Shown: positions 35,086-44,364 of the stretch, in pieces
Position numbering within the stretch: position 1 is the first letter of the stretch
How the letters are laid out: each line of letters opens with the position of its first letter
Assembly (NCBI GenBank): GCA_964387665.1
Contig: CAYLWY010000001.1
Coordinates: 10,075-74,074 of the forward strand
Direction of reading: 5' to 3'
Length of the DNA stretch: 64,000 bases
Source: an uncultured Candidatus Peribacteria bacterium
GTDB taxonomy: Bacteria > Patescibacteriota > Gracilibacteria > Absconditabacterales > Absconditicoccaceae
Translations under genes and position numbers: made by a program
The notes under the pieces: model-generated
What the model saw: the letters and a program-made list of their open reading frames with translations, nothing else
Database searches by the model: none
Told to the model about the DNA's origin: nothing

Positions 35086-38000
35086 CCTCTGTTTCTGCTA
35101 TTGTAATAATCCCACGGACTACTAGCTTAACATCCTCAAAGGTACTACTATGTAGCGAATAAACCAAATAATTATCTACTAATGTCTGATTTGTTATATC
35201 TAAAGATAAATTTTGTTTATTTGGAGATTTCGGTCCAATAGCGCATAAACGATCAAACATTACATCATCTGAACTTATTAGTTTATCTTTTAAATCAGAG
35301 AATGTCCATCTTGGGAGGGAGTACTTCAAATCAACTATGTCGTCATTTTGTGTACTGTTTTCTACAATTGACTTCTCGTCTGTGTAAGAAAAGTCAAGCA
35401 TGCCCGTATTTTGGTGACGGTTGAAGGCCATTACCTTATCAAAAGTACGGCGAACCCCATGTACGTACATCCCATCCCCAACCCAACGGCTGGCTTCTGT
35501 ATCAAGTATCGTCGAGTGATATCTAAACGGTCTAGGGTCCGTAGCTACTACTTCTAACACAATTGGATGTTGGGTATCGTAAAACTTGCTAAAACTACCC
35601 ACAACATTGTGCTCCCACATAGCTCTTTGGTCGAAAGAGTATAGAGTAAAACGATTCCACGCATACCAATTAGGCGTATAGTAATGGAAGCTAATCCAAC
35701 TTTTCGACTCAAACGAGTATGAGGCGGTGAATGATTTGTTACAGAAGTATCTAGGATCGCCGGCGTAGACGCGTTCGTTGTCTTCGTTTAAGAAATACCT
35801 GCCATCGGGTGATAAGGTAAGTTTAGTTGGGTCGTATGCCTCATAGTCTATCTTAGTCACGAGTATCCTATTGAGCTCGTTGTCTATTCCTATCGAATAC
35901 CCAACTCCGTAACGCGTCTTTTTGTCTACGAGAGCAAATCCCGGAAACTGGTCTACCAAGCGTAGATTAAGGTTTTCTCGCATAAAATGCTTCAGCCCCA
36001 AATCCGAAATAGGAACAGAGGATTCTCCATTAAAGAAGTTTACTTTCCTCGCTTCTCTATCTACTGATATATGTCCAAACTTAGAATTAACAGATGCATT
36101 GGGGTCTTTAGTTCCTGCGTTACCTTCAACGACGCCGCCGTAAAGAGCATCCGCTTGTCTCATGAATGAACCTGTCCCTAAGTAAATCGAACCATCACCA
36201 CGTAAAGCTAACTCCTCATGATGAGTGTTTAGGTTCCACATATTATCTGTCGTTTGGACAAACATCTTATTTCCAATTACAAAAATATCTTGTATTGCTC
36301 CGGTGTCGAAAGGTAACTCCAGGTAATTGTTTATGTGGAAATTCCTCCAAGCATTAGTGGTTGACCCTACTACTTGTTTATTTGAGTATACAATTTTATT
36401 AGTCTCCTCTCCTACACAAGGCCTAGTATCATACGAAGATGTAACCGAAAATCCTTGATCTATATCATTGACAAGTGAATAATCGTAGTTATATCGTGCG
36501 TAGTTATCCCTGAAGCCGTAGACATTTTCTTCTTCCGGAGCCCCTTGTGCATCGTTTTTACATTGATATATACTTAAGATTCTGTTAATATTAGTACATG
36601 TAAATAAAACAAATACCAAAATAATAAAAAAGGCCAAGAATAGAGCTACACGTACTCCGAATAGGAATATATCTGTATAATCGGCTTCGATCTTAAACCC
36701 GTCTTTAATAAACCATAGTAATGGTACTATAAACGCCGCGGCTCGGATTAAAATCTTTGCAAGCAGTTTCCATTGTGGAATACGTTCGTGCCTAGCCGCA
36801 AAATGATTCAAGAACGCGTTGTCGAAGTGCTCTTCGGTGAGTGATGAATCTAGGGGTTTATTTTTAAGCCTAGGATACGCTAACTCAAAATTGTCAGGAT
36901 CTCCAAGTTCTCTAAACCAGGTATTAGAATCCGCCTCTACCCAAGTTACGATTAACGTTTTCAGAGTTCTTGGATAGTACATATCCCGGATAGAGTCTCT
37001 AAAAAACGCCTCATACCAACCAGGACATGGAGTATCTCGACTAACGCTCGCGTGCCAAGGCCGTAGATTGGCTAAGTTTTTAGGATCTCCACCGTTGCAA
37101 GAAATAGGTAATTTACTACAATCCCCAAAACACATAAATCGTTTCAATGCGCTGGATACTCTAGGTTCTATGTTGTCTCCTACTTTATTCGAGATATACG
37201 ACTTGCGAACCAATGTCCAAGGACCTATATAAGCATCTCCAGAAGAGCCTGTTATTCTCCCACGTAGCGCATCTCCCATGGTACCTTCAGTACCTGTTGG
37301 AATCATTCTGAGACCTTCTACGCTTCCGTATTGGTCGCTTCTGTGTTGAATTAAAGATCCATACCACGCGCCGGCTCTAGGTACCACGCATTCGTGACAT
37401 ACTCCATCTCCTACAAAAGAAGCATCGTCTGTACGGTATTCGGAGTCATTATCCAACAAATCTGCGCGTGTAACTTGATTTAGTGGATTTACGTAATTAC
37501 CCTCAAACTGTACGAACACCGAAGATTCCCTATATCTATTCATTAGTGGCGCAGGTACCGTAACCCGTTCGCCGTTCTCTAATCGTTCGAAAGTAAATCC
37601 CTCATTTGCATCTACAATACTGTCTGCTTCTGCGTACGTAATACCAGCAACGCACTTTTGATGTGGGCCTTTTACCGGTATGTAATGATTTAGGTTAATA
37701 GATTGTCGCGTACCTCGTTGGTCAACTTGTTGTTGGAAGAACGTATCTGGTTCTTCACCCTCGGCATATTGCCCATGACGAAATCCCCAACCCATTAGTT
37801 GCAAATCAAAAACAGCACGATTACTTCCGCCTAGGAATGGCCTGTCAAACGAAGTATCGGGGGAATGGAAATTATATATTGGGAAGTCGTTTGGTTTCCC
37901 TTTCTTTTCGTTATCTATTGGACGGCACGTTCCGGTGGTTCCGCCAGGTGGTGGGCAGGTGGGGCAACTCTCTGGGCACTCTGCGTCGGTGGTACAAGGA

Positions 38001-41000
38001 ATAGCCTCACACTCCGGCTTAGGTACACAAACGTAAATATTACGACACAAGAGATCCCCCATAACTGTGCTCGTTGCGCAGACACCGAAAGGATCTAATG
38101 GATTGTCATAGTTACAGAAACAATTCTCTCCAGAACAATCCGCTGCTGTGCTACAAGGTGAACCACCACATGGGTCGTAACACTCGCAACCCTCTGGACA
38201 ATCCTGTAACGTACAGGTTGAGTTGCTACATACTGTATCAGATACGGGTAAACAATCACAATCCTCGCCGCATCCTACCGCCGGGTCGCAGGGGTTGCCT
38301 GCGCAACTAGGTGGTTCTGCTGGTTGGCAATACCTTATACCTGGATCTGGAAGCGCGCCGTTACATTCGCACCCTGGATTACAGTCCGTATTATAAAAAC
38401 AGTCTGATACACCGCAATCGGCTGTATTCTCAATTTCGTTGTATATATTTCTATCTACATACTCTAAGGAGTTAACGGCGTGCTTGGGGAACACGTAATC
38501 CTTCCCAAATACATTACCCAAAAACGTATGCGTAAACATTCCACTTGCAATAACCCGCTTATTTGTTGGGTCACGTTTGACATATGTAATCGTGAATGGG
38601 TTATTTGGGCAAAGAGGTTTTGGTGGATTTTCCGGTAACTTTATACCTTTATAAGTTAACCATATAGGGCGAATAAACGTATCTTGTAATTCGTAACCAG
38701 AGGCATCTGATGCGTTTACAACTCCGTCGTGATAAGATACGAAATGAGGTTCTATTTCTGAGTTAGGAGTTCGGTGTAACCTAACGGGGGTTCCCGCTAA
38801 TTCACCAAATAGGAAATTACCATTGCAATCTTTAGTCAATGGATATATTTCCGAAGACTGCCAAACCCCTAATTTCCCCTCCGCTACAATTGGATAAAGT
38901 TTATCAACAACCTCACAACCGTCATCACTATATACTCTAATCTTGGCGTATTTCAATTTTGGGTTAGAAGACTCGGCCGCCTCTGCAATTGCCGAAAGTG
39001 GAACTGCTTCGTTAGGAACTACGGTTCCATGGTATTTGTAATACTTCCTTCGTTTACGTCTTTCCGTTACATGGAACAACAAATTCTGAATAGCCTGTAA
39101 AAACGTCTCAGGCTGTTTGAAACATGTAAATCTACAATATCCGTCTTCGTTACATTCGTAACAAGAGTCGAAAGCTAATGGGTCTGAGCAACTTCCTGAG
39201 CCGCCGCATTTCCCAGCACTACCCGAACAAGAAGAGCATGACGACATTGATGGAATCGACGGGATTGTAGACGCCGCCATAGCAGAAGCCTCTAGTTCCC
39301 AATCATTTATAGTCTGCGACGACCCGTCTGGGTATATCGCAATAATTTGGGGGAAGTACCCAATGTTGTAATTCGCAGCTAGTATTTCTATTAAATCCGC
39401 ACTAGCGTTTACTAGGGGGTAGTTGGCGGTTGTGAAGTCTCCTTGTGTACCAGAACCCGTGCCTTCGATCTGTGCAACTGTAGTGGAGGGGTCGAATTCG
39501 ATTCCGATAACCTGTACAGTATCCATTCCGGCAGGTCCGTAAGCGCTATAAAAGTCATCAACAATACTAGAAGTATGTTGGGTAAAGCAAGGGCCGCACC
39601 AAGTAGTAAAAGCCTTAATATAAACAGTTTTACCCGCATCGTTTAGGTCTTTAATGTTATAAAGATTTCCATCGATATCCTCAACTGTGATATCGTTTAG
39701 AAGTGATTGCAGTGGTGTAGTGGTTTGGCTAGGTGGGACATAGCCTTCCGGAAGATCTCCGTCTTGTAAACCCGCGGTGAACCCAGACCCAGCACTTACG
39801 CAATTAAAATACGGTTCTTCTGTACATTGGCATCCATCGGGGCATGGGAAGTTGCGGCAATTATAAGCCGAACAGTTTAGACCTGGATCGTTTCCTCCAC
39901 CTTCGTCGCCTTGATCGGGACCGTCATTGTGTAGGTAGTCTTCTAGGGATCCTATAATATCATTAAATCCTTGTCCGAACCCACCTCCAAAAGTAGATAG
40001 CGTATCTTGTAATCTATTGCAGCACTCTTCTGACAAACCTACGCGTAGGTCGTAATGTGATATGTTTAACGGATTTAGCGTAGTAAGCGTGCCGTCTATT
40101 GTCAGTAACTCCGTAAGACACCCGCAAATGTCCGCAGTCATTTCATTTGGATTATGATCCAATATATCTGCTACTGATTCCGGGATATCTACTGGCTCTG
40201 TTTCTTCTACATATTCTGGTGGCTTGTAAGAAACTTTTTTATTAGGTGGCTTGAATAGCGCACTGGTATCTTTTGCAATGTGCCACTCATCATCAAACGG
40301 ATTATCAGGGTTGGGGAATCGATCCGCCGTGTTGTATACATCCCATTTGGGTTTTACACAAGATGCGCAATTCTCGTCGTTTTCGTCTGGAATTAATTCA
40401 GCCTCTTCTGGAGTTGGTCGTCTTCCTGGGATTATAAAATCCGCAGAGGAAGTACCGTCACAATAATTCCACCTAATACCTAATAGATAATTCTCATCTC
40501 TACGCATCGTTTTAACCAGATGCGCATCCTCTGCGGGTACTAATCCAACCGCATAAGTAACCTCGATCTCGTTAGCTAGGTGTTGATAGTCTAGATTGGT
40601 CTCCCCTAATACGTTATATAGAATTAATCTACCATCGTGTTGTACTAAATTTCGACCACGTATGTAGGAGGGGTTTTTAACTAAAACCGCCTCGAAGGGT
40701 AGGCTGTCCCCTTTTTGGCCATTATAAACTACTGATACTTTTCCGGAAGCGTAGTTTCGCTTGAAGATTACCTCGGGAGGGAATGTTTGCCCACCAATAG
40801 TTTTGATAACCGCAATATTAACCTGCTCGTACTCGTCGTCTAAGTCTGAGATATCTATACGAATAGAGCGGCGGGTTGGTTCCCCGGCGACAAAGTCTTG
40901 TTCGGCTACATATACAGGTTGGGATATTTTGAACCAATTAGTTTGGTTACCATCTTTATCCTCTAGCTGTGCTGCAAATTGATAAGCACCATTCGCCAAT

Positions 41001-41554
41001 GTTCCGCCGCCTTCTTGAATAACAGGCGCTATAATAGGTCCGCAAATACAGCGGAACAATTCCATATCGGCCAGTGTGTAATTACAGCACTCGACCTCTA
41101 GGTTTATATATCGATAAGTGTAATCGTTAGACCAATACGCGTGTAATTCGTTACAGGGTTGCTCTACTTTTAGCTCAATATTAATAAGCTCGTCGTCAAA
41201 ACAGAGTTTACCGTCAGGTAACTTGTCGTCATTTACAACGGTTCTATACGTCTTTGTTCTTTCGTCGATTATCCCGATTTCGGAGATATTCCCCTTCGCA
41301 CTATATAGAAATAGGACAAACCAATCACGCTCTTCAGCATACGCTAAACCACGAATCTCATAGCCCTCTGGTATGAGAGTATGAATCATATTGGACGCTT
41401 CGCTAGCTACTCCAAATCCACTTTCAGTGTCAGTACTATTGACAAGGCCCCAACCCTCTCGGTACGTACCTTTGGGTTGCATAGAAAACGGCGCGTCGGA
41501 ATTCATGCCATTCTCAAAAGTGGAAATGATTATCTTACTATCTTGATCAGCCAT
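35072..41554 (-). CDS. giant cysteine-rich virion protein (2160 aa) with embedded TlpA/thioredoxin-like domain
   Basis: The 6.5-kb ORF is uninterrupted. The WCGPC redoxin domain spans aa about 620-755. Cys-rich arrays lie at about aa 565-600, 770-815 and 1040-1210. Two hydrophobic helices lie at about aa 1590-1650. Confidence 0.85.
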   Translation of the reverse strand: MADQDSKIIISTFENGMNSDAPFSMQPKGTYREGWGLVNSTDTESGFGVASEASNMIHTLIPEGYEIRGLAYAEERDWFVLFLYSAKGNISEIGIIDERTKTYRTVVNDDKLPDGKLCFDDELINIELKVEQPCNELHAYWSNDYTYRYINLEVECCNYTLADMELFRCICGPIIAPVIQEGGGTLANGAYQFAAQLEDKDGNQTNWFKISQPVYVAEQDFVAGEPTRRSIRIDISDLDDEYEQVNIAVIKTIGGQTFPPEVIFKRNYASGKVSVVYNGQKGDSLPFEAVLVKNPSYIRGRNLVQHDGRLILYNVLGETNLDYQHLANEIEVTYAVGLVPAEDAHLVKTMRRDENYLLGIRWNYCDGTSSADFIIPGRRPTPEEAELIPDENDENCASCVKPKWDVYNTADRFPNPDNPFDDEWHIAKDTSALFKPPNKKVSYKPPEYVEETEPVDIPESVADILDHNPNEMTADICGCLTELLTIDGTLTTLNPLNISHYDLRVGLSEECCNRLQDTLSTFGGGFGQGFNDIIGSLEDYLHNDGPDQGDEGGGNDPGLNCSAYNCRNFPCPDGCQCTEEPYFNCVSAGSGFTAGLQDGDLPEGYVPPSQTTTPLQSLLNDITVEDIDGNLYNIKDLNDAGKTVYIKAFTTWCGPCFTQHTSSIVDDFYSAYGPAGMDTVQVIGIEFDPSTTVAQIEGTGSGTQGDFTTANYPLVNASADLIEILAANYNIGYFPQIIAIYPDGSSQTINDWELEASAMAASTIPSIPSMSSCSSCSGSAGKCGGSGSCSDPLAFDSCYECNEDGYCRFTCFKQPETFLQAIQNLLFHVTERRKRRKYYKYHGTVVPNEAVPLSAIAEAAESSNPKLKYAKIRVYSDDGCEVVDKLYPIVAEGKLGVWQSSEIYPLTKDCNGNFLFGELAGTPVRLHRTPNSEIEPHFVSYHDGVVNASDASGYELQDTFIRPIWLTYKGIKLPENPPKPLCPNNPFTITYVKRDPTNKRVIASGMFTHTFLGNVFGKDYVFPKHAVNSLEYVDRNIYNEIENTADCGVSDCFYNTDCNPGCECNGALPDPGIRYCQPAEPPSCAGNPCDPAVGCGEDCDCLPVSDTVCSNSTCTLQDCPEGCECYDPCGGSPCSTAADCSGENCFCNYDNPLDPFGVCATSTVMGDLLCRNIYVCVPKPECEAIPCTTDAECPESCPTCPPPGGTTGTCRPIDNEKKGKPNDFPIYNFHSPDTSFDRPFLGGSNRAVFDLQLMGWGFRHGQYAEGEEPDTFFQQQVDQRGTRQSINLNHYIPVKGPHQKCVAGITYAEADSIVDANEGFTFERLENGERVTVPAPLMNRYRESSVFVQFEGNYVNPLNQVTRADLLDNDSEYRTDDASFVGDGVCHECVVPRAGAWYGSLIQHRSDQYGSVEGLRMIPTGTEGTMGDALRGRITGSSGDAYIGPWTLVRKSYISNKVGDNIEPRVSSALKRFMCFGDCSKLPISCNGGDPKNLANLRPWHASVSRDTPCPGWYEAFFRDSIRDMYYPRTLKTLIVTWVEADSNTWFRELGDPDNFELAYPRLKNKPLDSSLTEEHFDNAFLNHFAARHERIPQWKLLAKILIRAAAFIVPLLWFIKDGFKIEADYTDIFLFGVRVALFLAFFIILVFVLFTCTNINRILSIYQCKNDAQGAPEEENVYGFRDNYARYNYDYSLVNDIDQGFSVTSSYDTRPCVGEETNKIVYSNKQVVGSTTNAWRNFHINNYLELPFDTGAIQDIFVIGNKMFVQTTDNMWNLNTHHEELALRGDGSIYLGTGSFMRQADALYGGVVEGNAGTKDPNASVNSKFGHISVDREARKVNFFNGESSVPISDLGLKHFMRENLNLRLVDQFPGFALVDKKTRYGVGYSIGIDNELNRILVTKIDYEAYDPTKLTLSPDGRYFLNEDNERVYAGDPRYFCNKSFTASYSFESKSWISFHYYTPNWYAWNRFTLYSFDQRAMWEHNVVGSFSKFYDTQHPIVLEVVATDPRPFRYHSTILDTEASRWVGDGMYVHGVRRTFDKVMAFNRHQNTGMLDFSYTDEKSIVENSTQNDDIVDLKYSLPRWTFSDLKDKLISSDDVMFDRLCAIGPKSPNKQNLSLDITNQTLVDNYLVYSLHSSTFEDVKLVVRGIITIAETEDDVF
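39290..39697 (-). other. TlpA/ResA-like thiol-disulfide oxidoreductase domain (WCGPC at 39587-39601)
   Basis: The domain reads GKTVYIKAFTTWCGPCFTQHTS ... VQVIGIEFD ... NYPLVNASADLIEILAANYNIGYFPQIIAIYPDGS. This matches the redoxin-family pattern GK-x-hhhhFWA-WC-x-PC ... vigvs-D ... P-t-fhhD-dG. Confidence 0.75.
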
Positions 41555-42561
41555 TACTTCTTAGTTAATCTCGACATGGTAGTGTCGTATGGATCTCTTT
41601 GTTTTCGTCCCATTTGTTGGAAATGGTCGTAATACGGATACACTCTTGAAGTTACGTTTTCCATAAACGCCCACCAACTTTGGAAATCTGGAGTTATTAA
41701 GGCTTCCCTCGCCCTGGCCATAGCCGTTTCTTTCTGTTGCATCGCATACTGCGAAGCTCTTAGATTTGATGGGTCCTTACCCGTGCGGAACTCCCTATAC
41801 AGCATACGCTCTTCGATATACCAACTTACGGCCTCAAACGCGTATGGGTGATTCGGTAGTAGTAAATAACCATCCTCACTCGTACGTCTAGCGAAATAGG
41901 ACAATAATATCTGTCCCTCTTTAACATTAAGCCTAAGTATCGGTGGTTCGTGCGAGAACTCGTATGGGACATCGGCCATTAGTTTTTGGTCTAAATTCAA
42001 ACAGCCCTTGATGTAGAAATCAGCATTGAAAAAATTGTGCTGCGCTGCTCGTAGGATAACGAACTCGGGGTGGTAGGTCGATCTTGGTAGCCCATCATTG
42101 ACCCACCCCCCTGTTCTAACAAAGTGTGACATGTACCCATATTTAAGCTCGGGGTGGTTCATTTCCCACATTCTATCCACGTCAATGATTACTTCGGGAG
42201 ACGCACACGAGCAGTCTGCTTGTTTACACCTGGGGCAGTCCATTGTTATAGTGAACTCGCAACCCGAACCATCCAAAGCTTTTTGGGTCCATTCTACAAT
42301 TTCATAGCGACGAGCTTTCCTTGTTACTTCGGGGCGCAGCGCTACTTGGGTTATTTTAGCAAGATCATCGGGTAATCTTACTATATGCCCCCGCACGTCA
42401 AGGAGGGCTACTTTATGAATTAAGTTATCTTCAAACTGTAGCTTAAGCGCTACGTCATTTGCCCATTTTAATATTGTACTCTTCTCTAACCGTCCTCGAT
42501 AGTCGGTTAAGTCAAGATACTCGTCAATTGCCGTTGTTATTGGAACGAAATTTACTTTCAT
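41554..42561 (-). CDS. virion-associated hypothetical protein (335 aa)
   Basis: Track ORF carrying the Cys cluster MDCPRCKQADCSC. It is coupled to the downstream gene. Confidence 0.65.
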   Translation of the reverse strand: MKVNFVPITTAIDEYLDLTDYRGRLEKSTILKWANDVALKLQFEDNLIHKVALLDVRGHIVRLPDDLAKITQVALRPEVTRKARRYEIVEWTQKALDGSGCEFTITMDCPRCKQADCSCASPEVIIDVDRMWEMNHPELKYGYMSHFVRTGGWVNDGLPRSTYHPEFVILRAAQHNFFNADFYIKGCLNLDQKLMADVPYEFSHEPPILRLNVKEGQILLSYFARRTSEDGYLLLPNHPYAFEAVSWYIEERMLYREFRTGKDPSNLRASQYAMQQKETAMARAREALITPDFQSWWAFMENVTSRVYPYYDHFQQMGRKQRDPYDTTMSRLTKK

Positions 42562-42563
42562 AA

Positions 42564-43091
42564 TCAGTCTATATGGGCTCTATAATCCGGAACTGCTGGA
42601 TTTTCGGAGCAGGCTTTTATGTGTTTGGCTAACCCTAAATTACCAACCCATTCCTTGTTTTTGGTACCTCTAGTTGGGATGAATTTATAAGGCGTTAAGA
42701 TCTTTGGCGTAAGGCCATTTTTTCGCATTACGATTTTAAACAACCGCCCACTGGAATGCATATTGCTATGGCGTACCAATTTTCTAAGTTTTTTCGAAGA
42801 TACCCAATCTACGGGACGTCTTTGACCAACCATTTCTTTAACATAAAACTCCAGCTTAGTGTATGGCATTTGAAATCGCCACAACTCTGTCACCATAGCT
42901 TTATAAATCTCGGTATGGACGCGCTTTAAAATGTCAGAAAATTCAGAGTACGAGTAGGCCTCACCTCTTCCTTTTTTGTACATGCGCCATAAATACTCAC
43001 TTTGTATTACTAAATAACCGTTACGATTTGCTTTGTATCTATGTTTACTGTTTACTGCTCGTGTTTTGTACTGCTGCATCGGGTATATCAT
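42564..43091 (-). CDS. hypothetical basic protein (175 aa)
   Basis: Track ORF with an uncertain start (it overlaps the upstream ORF by 47 nt). Confidence 0.6.
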   Translation of the reverse strand: MIYPMQQYKTRAVNSKHRYKANRNGYLVIQSEYLWRMYKKGRGEAYSYSEFSDILKRVHTEIYKAMVTELWRFQMPYTKLEFYVKEMVGQRRPVDWVSSKKLRKLVRHSNMHSSGRLFKIVMRKNGLTPKILTPYKFIPTRGTKNKEWVGNLGLAKHIKACSENPAVPDYRAHID

Positions 43092-43809
43092 TATTTATGA
43101 GATCCGCCCCGGCATACGCACCTCGTATACCTTGAAGTGCCTGGAAAGCGTACTCAAATACTTGTGCTTGTAATTCTGGTTCTATATGAAATTCTTGGTC
43201 TAAAATATTGCATAATGGTTTTACTTCTTCACCACATGTAGGAAAAGCTAAAACCTCTAGTGGGTCTTTAAATACTGCCGTAACTGCGACCCCTCTTAAT
43301 TCCGGATACCGTTCGTTATTTGCGTATATGTATAAATGGGTATCCATGTCTACGTCTTTTAACGTATAGTAAAGGCCTTTAGATTGGGCCGCAATTCTGG
43401 AATTTACTTTATAGTGCATGTTATTCCAGCGTACGTAATCAAACTCTTTTACTTCGCCGCCACAGTTAATGCACTCAGACCCTAATACAGATACGCTAAG
43501 TGGTAGCCCATCTAGCATACTAGGTAATTTGTGCTTACTTTTCATAAAATAACATCCAGATGGCGGTGCGAATGGAGTCTCGACTACATCTACTGCCATA
43601 AGTTCTATACAAGGTAACGTCTGTATAATACCTTCGTCAATGTTCAGAGATGATCGACGAGTTTTTTCTTGAAATAGTACCCGCTTGTGGTACATATTCA
43701 AATAATAGTAAATCAGTTTAGGAGGATGTAATATCGTTTGCGATGGTCGCCCGGTACGATCCTCAAAAAAATGAAGAAAAGAATCTACTGCGTCTCGTAT
43801 GGTGTTCAT
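43045..43809 (-). CDS. hypothetical protein (254 aa)
   Basis: Track ORF, co-oriented and tightly packed. Confidence 0.65.
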   Translation of the reverse strand: MNTIRDAVDSFLHFFEDRTGRPSQTILHPPKLIYYYLNMYHKRVLFQEKTRRSSLNIDEGIIQTLPCIELMAVDVVETPFAPPSGCYFMKSKHKLPSMLDGLPLSVSVLGSECINCGGEVKEFDYVRWNNMHYKVNSRIAAQSKGLYYTLKDVDMDTHLYIYANNERYPELRGVAVTAVFKDPLEVLAFPTCGEEVKPLCNILDQEFHIEPELQAQVFEYAFQALQGIRGAYAGADLINNDIPDAAVQNTSSKQ

Positions 43810-44045
43810 CTCATAGATTTAGACCCCTTACATTTCCATTTTTTACGAGAAAGTGCGTTGGGGCTGTTTGGGTTACTTTTCCAGTCACCCTTTATTTTGG
43901 CGCTTCTGGCACAGTAGGCATCGCCTTTTTTAGTGCCCGGGGCTATAGTTGCATTGGCGTCTCCGAAAGAAACCTTTCGCTTACGCCCCGTTTTTGGGTC
44001 CTTGTATTCTTTGGTATATTTCTTACCCTTAGCTGGTTGTGCCAT
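43806..44045 (-). CDS. small basic protein (79 aa)
   Basis: Track ORF, Lys-rich, containing GDAYCARSAKIKG...KWKCKG. Confidence 0.6.
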   Translation of the reverse strand: MAQPAKGKKYTKEYKDPKTGRKRKVSFGDANATIAPGTKKGDAYCARSAKIKGDWKSNPNSPNALSRKKWKCKGSKSMR

Positions 44046-44354
44046 TTATCTTAAATAAAAACGTACTTCAATGGTATCCGTAACTCCTGTTATGTAAATA
44101 GCGCCGCCAAATAAAGCAACGCTTAGTACTGTAGGTACGCCGGCAGTTATTAGTTCTGCCGCAGCTATCTCTGTTCCCGCCGGCGTAGTACCTATATCGA
44201 TGGTTTGATTAACCGCAGACTCTATAACAATATTGTCAATAAGTTTAGTTTCCGGAATATCAAAAGAGAAGTCATCTACTGCGGTGACTTTCCGAGGGCA
44301 ACTAGCGCAATTGAGAGCGCGTTTGACTTTTTCATAGAATGCGTAATCAGACAT
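44046..44354 (-). CDS. hypothetical protein (102 aa)
   Basis: Track ORF that abuts the next gene. Confidence 0.6.
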   Translation of the reverse strand: MSDYAFYEKVKRALNCASCPRKVTAVDDFSFDIPETKLIDNIVIESAVNQTIDIGTTPAGTEIAAAELITAGVPTVLSVALFGGAIYITGVTDTIEVRFYLR

Positions 44355-44364
44355 GAGTTTCTTT

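Noticed and set aside
42564-43091. The 175-aa basic protein could be an HU/IHF-like DNA-binding or late transcription factor.
   Set aside because: This rests only on a vague compositional and helical resemblance, and no diagnostic motif could be read. It is left as hypothetical.
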